Source: Octopus sinensis
Taxonomy: Eukaryota
DNA: 64,000 nt
Direction: 5' to 3'
NCBI RefSeq assembly: GCF_006345805.1
Contig: NC_042997.1
Span: forward strand, 117,862,001 to 117,926,000
Shown: in pieces, positions 53,633 to 64,000 of the stretch
Numbering within the stretch: the stretch's first letter is position 1
Layout of the letters: the number at the start of each line of letters is the position of its first letter
Made by a program: the position numbers and the translations under genes
Notes under the pieces: model-generated
Databases searched by the model: none
What the model was told of the DNA's origin: nothing
Seen by the model: the letters and a program-made list of their open reading frames with translations, nothing else

Positions 53633-54283
53633 AATTCATTGCCGCAGAGTTCACCGCCATTAATTCCCCATGAAGAAAGTTCACCATGAACTTTAGAATT
53701 TGAAAATAAGGTCTTCTTTCAATTATTTTACTGTGAACTTATCTCTGTCTAAACTTTCTTATGGTGAACTTTCCCGGCAGTGAATTGATGATGGTGATCT
53801 TACCAGACATGACACTTAAGCACCACATTTGGCAGAGTAATCTGAATGCTAAAGGGTTAATAATGGCAGTTCATCATCGTTTAATGTCCACTTTCCATGC
53901 TAGTATGGGTTGGATGATTTGACTGAGGACTGGCGAACCAGATGGCTGCACCAAGCTCCAATCTGATCTGGCAGAGTTTCTGCAGCTGGATGCCCTTCCT
54001 AATACCAACCACTCCGAAAGTGTAGTGGGTACCTTTACATGCCACCGGCATGAGGGCCAGTCTGGCGGTACTGGCAACAGCCAAACTCGAAATGGTGTTT
54101 TTTACGTGCCACCTGCACAGGAGTCAGTCCAGCGGTACTGGCAACGACCATGCTTGAATGTTTTGTTCACGTGCCAGTAAGGTGATGCTGGTAACAATCA
54201 CGCTCAAATGGTGCTTTTTACATGCCACCGGCACGGAAGCCAGACAGCTGCTCTGGCAGTGATTCCGCTTGGATGGAGCTTAA

Positions 54284-55349
54284 CCCTTTCGTTACTATAT
54301 TTCTGACCAAAATACACCCCTTATGTGTTTCAATTAATTTCTAACATAATCATAAATTTAGTCTGGTTTCATTAAACAACTATAACTTTTTTATTTATCA
54401 ATATATCAATCTGATTTTTGGAAGATAATTTAATGAAATGTTCTCAACCAATTCTATACTATAATTTTTGTCACAAAGTGACTCTAATTTCAGGTAGATA
54501 CAGGTAAATTCAACAAAATATAAAATTATTAAAATTTTGTTCAAACATCGCTATAGAAAATGGGTTATTAGCTAGTATTCAATTGGGTATACAACAAAAT
54601 TTTACGATAGAATTTGTTATTCTGGGTAACTTTCTGATACCCATAATAATATTTATGGCAAAATAGTCTTAATTTCATTTAAGGTTGTGGGAAACCACTA
54701 ACAATCCTTTCTTTCGTTTTGTTTACATTTAGCGTAACGGTTCGTTTCCGCCGTAATGATTTCAAATAGGCTCATTCGAAAAAGTAAAAAGAAATAGTCT
54801 AAGGCTTTACTCTTCTGGGAAAGTCTGTGGCTTGGTCCAGTTTCTTCAGAAAAATCACTGAAAGAAACAGTTTTTAAATTTTCACTCCATTCAGGTGCCA
54901 ATTCATTTTCTTTATCGCTGTCGGAGCTCTCGGATTCACTGTTTTCACTTTCGGAAAATGAAACATCAGATTCATTATCAAATAACATGCTTTTTTTTTT
55001 CAGTCATAGAGTTAGATTTATGAAGGTCTTCAGTAGAAAATCCTTCGAATTCTGACTCGCTGCTTGATATAATGAAATTCGTATCCATTTTTGTGTCAGA
55101 ATTACAAATTTTGAAAACACAATAGGAACAAATTTCGGAAAAAAATCTCCCAAAATTCACGGAATTAAAATTACACTTCGATTTTTGTACAAAACTGTAG
55201 TTGAACTCTTTACGAAGTGTAATACGTATTTTCACGAATGTACTAAAGAGATTTGCTCTGATATTCTCATTTAAATATGAATAGGTAAATTCGAGTGGCT
55301 TTGGTCAGATTAACCAAAATTTTTTTCGGGCGGTTTGGTAACGAAAGGG
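54284..55349 (-). mobile_element. Internally deleted piggyBac transposon (1066 bp)
   Basis: TTAA target sites at 54280-83 and 55350-53. 12-bp TIR CCCTTTCGTTAC / GTAACGAAAGGG. Carries a transposase N-terminal remnant. Confidence 0.88.
54698..55088 (-). pseudogene. piggyBac transposase N-terminal remnant
   Basis: MDTNFIISSSESEFEGF..., frameshift at the T10 run (54991-55000), then acidic ...SDSDKENE...ALDYFFLLF...IITAETNRYA. The FF...ETNxYA motif is typical of the start of the piggyBac/PGBD DDE domain. Truncated after this. Confidence 0.75.
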
Positions 55350-56190
55350 TTAAATTCCACATTATTTTCAAAACTGGGTGCACCTTGACATAACTTCCCC
55401 ACCAGCCTCTTTTTCAAATGGGGTAACCATATATATCCCTACAGCAACACAGCTATTGCTGTCTTTCAATCATAGTTTAGCATCTCTACACCTGGCATAA
55501 AGTCACATCCCTCCACTCGGTTGAATGGGGGTGGGGGTTCTCGTCTTGCGAGTTACATGATGACTTCAGTGTCACATAAAAGGCATCCAGTCCAAGGCAG
55601 TAAGCTGGCAGAAATGTTAGTACACTGGACAAAATGCTTAGCAGTATTTCATCTGTCTTTACATTCTGAGTTCAAATTCCATCGAGGTTGACTTTGCCTT
55701 TCATCATCTCGGGGTCAATAAATTAAGTACCAGTTGCATACTGGGGTCGATCTAATCGACTAGCACCCTTTCCCAAAATTTCAGGTCTTGTGCCTATGGT
55801 AGAAAAGAATATCTTCAATATGTTTTAAGGCGGCGAGCTGGCAGAAACATTAGCATGCTGGGCGAAATGCTTAGCAGTATTTCGTCTGTCTTTGCGTTCT
55901 GAGTTCAAATTCCACTGAGGTAGACTTTGCCTTTCATCCTTTCTAGCTCAATAAATTAGGTACCCGTTGCATACTGGGGTCGATCTAATCAACTGCTCCC
56001 CCATCACTCCCCCAAAATGTCAGGCCTTGCGCCTAGAGTAAAGAAAAGGCACCCAGTCCACTCTATAAAATGGTTGGCATTAGGAAAGGCATCCAGCCAA
56101 AGCAGACACTGGAATCTAGTACAGTCTTCTGGTTCACCAGCTCCCCTCAAATTGTCCAATTCATGCCAGCACGGAAAACAAACATTAAAT

Positions 56191-56471
56191 CAGTGGTTCT
56201 CAAAGTGGGTGATACTGCAAAGATCCAGAAGGGTGTTGAAGAAAAGTTGGGCAATAATATGAGGGGGGGGGAGTGCCAAAATGGGACGATGGATGTAAAA
56301 ACAACAAAATAAAGGGTTCATTTGGTTAAGTTTTCTTTGTGAAATACAGTTGCTTTGAATTGGCTGCAGAAAGTGGTCTACATTTGAGGTGGTGTGTGTG
56401 GGGGACGGGCCGATAGGAATGTGTCCTGGGTGCCAAGGGCGTGGCAGCCCGAAAAAGTTTCGGAACCCCTG
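56191..56471 (+). mobile_element. hAT-type MITE (same family as 32355)
   Basis: CAGTGGTTCTCAAA...TTTCGGAACCCCTG. Degenerate 8-bp TSD CATTAAAT/CATCAGAT. Shared internal sequence. Confidence 0.7.
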
Positions 56472-56534
56472 CATCAGATCTGATGGTTAATCAAGGCTCG
56501 TTAATAATTTTGTGCAAGATTTACTTTGAAATTG

Positions 56535-56925
56535 TTGCCAGAGCAACAAGCTGGCCTTCGTGCCGATGGCATGTTTAAGCACACTATTTGAGCGTGATCG
56601 TTACCGCATTGCCTTACTAGCACTTGTGCTGGTGGCAAGTGAACATTCAAGCGAGGTCATCGCCAGTGCTGCTGGACTGGCTCCTGTGCCGGTGGCACTT
56701 AAAAAGCATCATTTGGGCGTGGTAGTTGCCAGTACCACCAAACTGGCCCTCGTGCCAGTGGCACGTAAAAGCACCCACTACACTCTCAGAGTGGTTGGTG
56801 TTAGGAAGGGCATCCAGCTGTAGAAACTCTGCCAGATCAGATTGGAGTCTGGTTTGCCAAACCTCAGTCAAATCATCCAACCCATGCTAGCATGGAAAGC
56901 GGACATTAATGATGATGATGATGGA
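56535..56925 (+). mobile_element. SINE family C, ending in (GAT)n
   Basis: ...gtgccggtggcac.taaaaagcacc...ggaagggcatccagctgtagaaac...catgctagcatggaaagcggac.ttaa(tga)n. Other copies at about 410-935, 21660-21880, 25930-26330, 42245-42510, 44990-45300, 49400-49740 and 53875-54270. Confidence 0.8.
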
Positions 56926-57175
56926 AGGGCAGTGGTGGGGGAGGAGGGATCGTTAAGTTGTTTAGGCCTCAGTCTGCCCCCTTAAGTGGTTTAGGCCTCA
57001 GTCTGCCCCGATCCAGCTGGCCTAATAACTAAATAATAACCATGGTGATGATGATGAATTGAAACAAGGCGATGTAATTTCGGCAGGAACATGGTAACTA
57101 AAGAGTTAAGTCATTACTTAACTACTACTTAAACTACCATTCCATTTGCTCCACTTTACAACACAACAGAGTTAA

Positions 57176-57395
57176 CTCTTTTGTCACTGCATTTATTTTG
57201 AGATGCTCTGTGTTTCTTTCAATTACTTTAAATACAACAAAGAATTTAGTAAAATCACTTAGTTGTCATTCAGCTGGTTTTAGAAACATAAATTGTGACT
57301 AAGGTTTGGTGGAAGATTTTAATTCAAAACTTATATAAACAAGACATTAGTTCTCAGAGCCAGAGCTGGTTTCAGCCAGGTTGGTAATGAAAGGG
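57176..57395 (-). mobile_element. piggyBac-derived MITE family 1
   Basis: TTAA on both sides, reverse orientation. Confidence 0.78.
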
Positions 57396-59074
57396 TTAAA
57401 TTTATTTCACTTATTCAAATGTTACAGAAGGCTCAGTTGAAAAAAAAAAAATATCAAGATAAAATTTGAAAGTGTAGATTTATAAACTTCTTAACAGTTT
57501 TAGTAAAATTACAAACTAGGGATGGTCTAAATCATTGAAACTAGAAACATACCAACAGCTATCTTTTCAATCAAATTACATTAGTTTTTGACATACCACA
57601 GCAGGGGTGGGGGTGGGGGTGTTGTGTAAAATGTTTTTGCTTTCTTTTCTCTAATTTTTTAAATTTCTAAATACAGTTATTTTGAACAATGGTGACTTGT
57701 GTATTTCTCATTCTGTTTAAATGTCATTCCTCACAATTATATCCAGCAGTGACTTACTAGCTGAGGAATTCCACAGATTTCTGTCTAATCCCACTATATA
57801 CCCTGGGTATGTTTAAGCAAACTTACTTATATAATTAGCTGTGTAAAATGGCGTTCAGATCTGATGATTAATCAAGGCTCGTCGTTAACAATTTTATGCA
57901 AGATTTACTTTGAAACTAAGTGGAGGGGCGGGGGAAGGGAACATGAAGTTGTTCTTGTTGTGACTTAGGCATCACTCTGTTCCGATCCAACTGGCCTAAC
58001 AACCAAAACCATTCAACCATAACCATCCCCTCGTTTTCCTTCAGTCAAAGGCACAAGCATGACAGTTAAAAAGTTTGCACCTTGGGCAAGTGTCTTTTAT
58101 TATAGCTCCAGGCCAATTTATGCTTGGCAAATAAAGAAACTGTGAGGTAACCTGTTTCACAGCCATACATTTGTGTCACGTTCCTGTAACTTAGCAGTTT
58201 GGCAAAAAGACAGAATAAGTGCCATTCTAAAAAAAATGTACTGAGGCTGAGTTGATTGATAAACCATTCGAGGTGCACCAGTACGGCCTCAACCCAGTGA
58301 CTGAGTCAAATAAAAGAATAAAGGAATAGTGTATCTCATACCGAGTCACCTAGTATGTTAAGCTGGTAAGGTGTGATTTAAGGAAACTAGTTTCCATTTA
58401 AAATATCATATGATAATGAACTTGTTAATGACTGTATATACATATTTCAAGAATTATTGCTCTTTCATCAGTACCACATCCAACCCACCAACTATCCACT
58501 AAGTTTAGCGGTGTAACATTATTGGATAATATAGTGCTCAGGTGCACTATGAGGAGGTGTTGAAAAGTTCCTGGCTTTGGGTAAAAGAAAATGCAGGGGG
58601 ATCAGTAAATTATGATTTTATTCAACATATTCCTCTCTCAGATTCACACACTTATTGCTGTGGTTCTTCATTTTTTCTAAGACCTGTAAAAGAACTTGGA
58701 AGGCTAGGCCTCCAACCAGGCCTTTCGTGATATCCTTAAAGCCAGGAACCTTTCAGCATCTCCTCACATAACTAATTAGGCAAAGTAACCAAAAATGCAT
58801 GATCAATACATAGAATGTGCACAGGAAGTGAACAGTACTCTTTTACTTGTTTCAGTCATTTGACTGCGGCCATGCTGGAGCACCGCCTTTAGTCGAGCAA
58901 ATCGACCCCAGGACTTATTCTTTGTAGGCTATAGTAGAAGACACTTGCCCAAGGTGCTACGCAGTGAGGACTGAACCCCGAACCAAGCGGTTGGTAAGCA
59001 AGCTATTTACCACACATCCACTCCTGTGCCTAAATGAGATAATTAAAATAAAGGGTGGTGGTGGGGGACATCAA

Positions 59075-59240
59075 GTGTACTGTTGGTGAATTTCAAGAAA
59101 CAATGATGTTTTGAAGGATGTGGTGCCCTGACAGCTAACAACTGATGCATGTTATTTATTCCATGCTTCAGTAATTCTGAGCATGAAAAAATGTTTCTGA
59201 AAAAAATGGGTGCCATGGTGTTTGCTAATTTTGCAACACG
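59075..59240 (-). mobile_element. Degenerate 3' fragment of the same CR1-like family
   Basis: Reverse complement cagaaacattttttcatgctcagaattactgaagcatggaataaa... aligns with 12765-12891 (RKHFFTLRVAEAWNK). Confidence 0.7.
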
Positions 59241-60919
59241 ACCAGTCTCAGAGTTGTGGGCACTGCCCTTCCTCCCGACAGGGCTATTAGAAAAACAAAA
59301 AAGTAAAATACACACACACAAGAAGCTACTGTAGTAGAATGAGAGTTAATATATGTAACCCTTAAGGCAGTGAGCTAACAGAATCATTAGGACCCCATTT
59401 AAGGCGGCAAGCTGGCAGAATTGTTAGCACACCGGGCGAAATGCTTAGCAGTATTTTGTCTGCTGCTACGTTCTGAGTTCAAATTCTGCCAAGGTCAACT
59501 TTGCCTTTCATCCTTTCGGGGTCAATTAAATAAGTACCAGTTATGCCCTGGGGTCGATATAATCGACTTAATCCATTTGTCTGTCCTTGTTTGTCCCCTC
59601 TGTGTGTAGCCCCTTGTGGATAGTAAAGAAATAAGAATCATTAGGACACCAGGCAAAATGCCTCGCAGCATTTTGTCTGTCTTTGCATTCTGAGTTCAAA
59701 TTCCACTGAGGTTGGCTTTATGTTCCATCCTTTGGGAGTTAAAATAAGTACCAGTTGAACACTAGTATTGATGTAATTGACTTAGCCCCTCCCCCAAAGT
59801 TGCTGGCCTTGTACCAAATTTTGATACCAACCAGGCTGGGACCATTCCTGGTTCTATGATACAAACCTCTTGTTTTAAAGTGGTCTAAATTAAAACCTTT
59901 TATTAAAATTTCAAGCTAATTGGTTTCAGACACCAGCTTAATAACAGCCAAGTGTGTTTTACTAAATTCTTCATTAGTTTCAAAATTAAATGAAACAAAG
60001 GCAGAGTATTTCAAGAGAAATACAGAAGGATTAAATGAAGAGAGAATCAATTAGATAATTAGTAATAATTAGATGATGGTAAGTTGACAACTTCGAGCAG
60101 AAAAAAATGAAGCAGTTGTTAGTATTAACCCTTTGGTTACTTGATTTCTGTTCAAATACAATGCCTTTCAGCATCATTATCTACAATAATAATACTCTTG
60201 TATTTTTTCCATCACAACATATGAATGAGAAAGGAAGGGAGGGGTGAAAAAAAATCAAGCATTTCAATTCTGTGTGGGTATATGTTTGTGTATGTAAATG
60301 TGTGTGTGTGTAATGGAAGTGTATACTCTCTCTTTAACTTGTTTCAATCATTTGACTGCAGCCATGCTGGAGCACCGCCTTTAGTCGAGCAAATCGACCC
60401 CAGGATTTATTCTTTGTAAGCCTAGTACTTATTCTATCGGTCTCTTTTGCCGAACCCCTAAGTTACGGTGACGTAAACACACTAGCATCGGTTGTCAAGC
60501 AATGTTGGCGGGACAAACACAGACACACACACACACACACACATATATATACGACGGGCTTCTTTCAGTTTTGGTCTACCAAATCCACTCACAAGGCTTT
60601 GGTCGGCCTGAGGCTATAGTAGAAGACACTTGCCCAAGGTGCCACACAGTGGGACTGAACCTGGAACCATGTGGTTGGTAAGCAAGCTACTTACCACACA
60701 GCCACTCCCACGCCTATGTATGTGTGTGCATGTACAAGGGAAGTATGTGAATGTTTGTATGTGTGAACTAACGTTCTTTCAGCAACAAACGATGATTGAT
60801 GTCACATCTCAAAAGACAACCACTAAACAACATTGACAAGTGTATTAATTTTACCATCCATAATTATATATAAAATACTACAATTAGCCATCATTTTTTA
60901 TGACACGAGGCCAGCTAGT

Positions 60920-61275
60920 TTAACATAAAAAGCACCTGTGCTGGTGCCATGTAAAAAGTCACTGTGCTAGAGTCACATAGGAAGCAGCCATGCTGATGTC
61001 ACATAAAAAAAACCCCAGGCTGATGTCATATAAAAAGCACCTGTGCTGGACTCACCGAACAAGCATCTGTGCTGGTGCCACACACCACATAAAAAGCACC
61101 TGTGCTGGAGTCATATATGAAGCACCTCAGCTGGTGCCACATAAAAAGCACCTGTGCTGGACTCACCTAACAAGCACCTGTGCTGGTGCCACATAAAAAG
61201 CACCTGTGCTGGAGTCATATATGAAACACCCAGGCTGATGTCACGTAAAAAGCACCTGTGCAGGTGTCATGTACA
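60920..61275 (+). repeat. Minisatellite-like array of aaaaagcacctgtgctgg units
   Basis: About ten imperfect units, including a ~110-bp higher-order duplication (about 61030-61140 and 61141-61240), leading into a family C SINE tail. Confidence 0.8.
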
Positions 61276-62139
61276 AAGCACCCAGTAAACTGGTTGGCAT
61301 CAGGAAGTGCATCCAGCTGTAGAAACCTTGCTAAAACAGACAAGTGGAACCTGGAGCAGGTCTCCCACTTACCAGCTCCTGTCAAGCTATCCAACCCTTG
61401 CCAGCATGGAAAACAGATGTTGGATGATGATGGTCCATGCAAGCATAGGTTGGATAGTTTGATGGACAGTTTGACAGGATCCAATGGATCTAAGGATGCC
61501 ATTGTATTCCAATGTCCGTTTTGGTATCATTTCTACAGTTGCATACTTACCTAAAGCCAACCATTTTCCAGTGTATACTAGGGTGTTTATTCTACTATAG
61601 CCTCAGGCCAACAAAAGCCTTGTGAGTGGATTTGGTCGAGGGAGACTGAAAGAAGCTCATTGTATATCCATCGTTTTCATGCCACCCTAATGAGGTCACT
61701 GTGCAGCTCACAGGACTATGAACCCAGAGGATGGGGAGGGAGGCATTATACCAAGTGGGGATGGGTTAAAGTATGGGAGAAGGAAGAAGAGTAAGTTTTT
61801 TTCAGTGTAGGGACACCACATAGCTGCTCACACTTACAAGAGAGGGTGAGAATGATCTGCAAGAGCTACAAAAAGATAAAGAGTCATGGCAAGGAGTACA
61901 GGTGGTCCCTCAGAGTAGGAACTGATAAGAAGTGAGTGGGAACTATTGATGAAATTATGTTTTGGGGACAAGTGCAGGCATGGCTGAGTGGTAAGAAGCT
62001 TGCTTCCCAACCACATGGTTCTGGGTTCAGTGCCACTGCATGTGACCTTGGGCAAGTATATTCTACTATAGCCTCAGGCCAACAAAAGCCTTGTGAGTGG
62101 ATTTGGTCGATGGAGACTGAAAGAAGCCCATCGTATATC

Positions 62140-62425
62140 CATCATCTATCATTTCGAATCTGGGTTTTGTCCCCATTAACGAGGGTGGCTGGATCTAGCT
62201 TGATGCCATAGCGACCACCCTCACACCAGCTTGCCTGGTTTGGGGCATCCTCCCAATTTCCTCTTCCACCTGTCCCCTCTACATTTTCCTCGGTCTACAT
62301 TGATTTCACTGTTCTTTTACTCGAAACTCTAGCACCCTCTTCAGAACATGCTCCTCATCCCTCCTCAACACATGCCAATACCACTGCACTCCATTTGCCT
62401 TTGCCAGCTGTTCCACTGATTCCTC
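62140..62425 (-). mobile_element. RTE-clade LINE 3' fragment
   Basis: LEESVEQLAKANGVQWYWHVLRRDEEHVLKRVLEF...RPRK with stops. 3' end gatccagccaccctcgttaatggggacaaaacc followed by a GAT-type tail. Confidence 0.7.
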
Positions 62426-62444
62426 CAACCCCAGCATCCCCAAA

Positions 62445-62513
<69 letters not shown>

Positions 62514-63190
62514 TCTGTGTTTGTTCCCTACCATCATTTGGCAACTGTTATTGGTCTGTTTACATCTCAGTAACTTAGTGGTTTGACAAAAGAGACCAAT
62601 GAAGTAAGTACCAAGCTCAAAGAAACAAAAAGCAAGCAAACTGGGGTCAATTCACTTGATTAAGATTCTTCGGATGATGCCCCAGCATGGCCAGAACAGA
62701 AACAAGTAAACGATTAAAAAAGAGATAAATTTAACAGAGTTTTGAATGTTTTAATTTAGATTACTTTAAAACATGATGTTTGCATCATAGAAGCTTTGTC
62801 TTGGCTAGAATTAAATTAATATATGCACTTGAAATGGAATAAAATAATGATGAGTATAACATTTATAATGGATATATATACGAAAGCAGAATGGCCTAAG
62901 ATGTAATATCTAGTCTCAGAGAAACTTCTTGTAGAGACTTGTGAGTTAAAATAACCTCACAGAACCCATTCGGAATGTCATTTGGTGGATGGTCACACAC
63001 AGTGTTTATGTAGTTGTTCGTGTTACTTAGCCCTAGACCAACTATAATTGATGATAGTGTCTTTCATTCTTCCAATAACTCGCATTTCTCGACCCCACCC
63101 CCACATAGTAAATATCTTTTGTGATAAGAACGTATCTTATTATGATATGATTCTTATTTATTCCCTAATGTATTTCTCATCAAATATCTT

Positions 63191-63228
<38 letters not shown>

Positions 63229-64000
63229 ACAAGCAGGTTAGTAAGCAAAGGATCAAACTGTGTTAATAGTGTCTCAAAGATTGTGGGACATTATACTAAC
63301 AACTAATGCAACCATATCTTTTATTGAGGGCTCAAAGTTCACGGAACACATGGAGTTGATGGTTTTTGATTAGCTTAGCAACGATAGCAATATTTTATCA
63401 ACTAGGAAGGTTTAAAATTACAAATTAAAGCTGAAGAGCATTGATAAAAAGAATAATTAGATTTAAAATTTTTAATTGAGGGTGTTGTCATTACAAAAAA
63501 GGTTGGTAAAAGGAAAAAAAAAAGTGGGGAACGATAGAATTGTACAATTTTGTTGCTGTTGTTTTAACTCCAGGTCAGCTCTGATGGAGCAGACCTATAA
63601 TCATAGGCATTCCAAGCATGACCAACTTGTCTTGATATATAGTGTGTCTAGGATCACATTATACAAGGTATCTTCCTATTTCTAAAACAGTAGGGTTTGA
63701 TTTGAAGAAGATTTGGCTGATATTTATAGCATGGGAAGTGATGATGTAGAGTAGTGATTCTCAACCATTTTTTCCCCCTATGGACCCCTTTGAATGGCCA
63801 AAGAGGAAAGTGTCTGCCTTCAGCCCTTTCAGTCTGGTCCACCACACAACCTCTTTCACTACAGGCAAAGGAAAACAGCTAGGCCTTCTTGGCCAAAGGA
63901 AGGCAGTGGGACCATTTTCCCAATGACCTCAGCTGATAGACGGATTCATCCCACACGTGACAGCAGGGGTTCAACATAAACCCACAAGTCAGAAATACTT

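Noticed and set aside
60920-61275. CRISPR-like repeat array
   Set aside because: Eukaryotic context, degenerate repeats, spacers that are themselves repetitive, and no cas genes.

Overview
AT-rich eukaryotic genomic DNA, densely packed with microsatellites and SINEs. The repeat landscape suggests an octopus or other coleoid cephalopod (inference). One host gene is supported: a minus-strand, 5-coding-exon kelch beta-propeller gene of the KLHDC8A/B family (341 aa; ATG 52144, stop 38933; all introns GT-AG, phase 1). The rest is mobile DNA: a near-full-length RLE-type R4/Dong LINE (about 6.0-9.8 kb, minus) and a 5'-truncated relative, both sitting in (TAA)n; a young 5'-truncated CR1/L2-type LINE (10.4-13.0 kb); several RTE-clade and one probable Tx1-like 3' fragment; an internally deleted piggyBac with matching TTAA-flanked MITEs; hAT MITEs; foldback elements; and at least four SINE families. 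The standout is inside intron 3 of the kelch gene (43121-44090). It is a non-coding 352-bp tandem unit carrying a type I hammerhead ribozyme motif with a palindromic stem III, which fits a non-LTR retrozyme or Penelope pseudo-LTR. The array is flipped on itself into a 394-bp near-perfect inverted repeat and sits beside a second, diverged palindrome of related sequence. Most ORFs in the supplied track are artefacts of microsatellites and SINEs. Boundaries of degenerate repeats are approximate.
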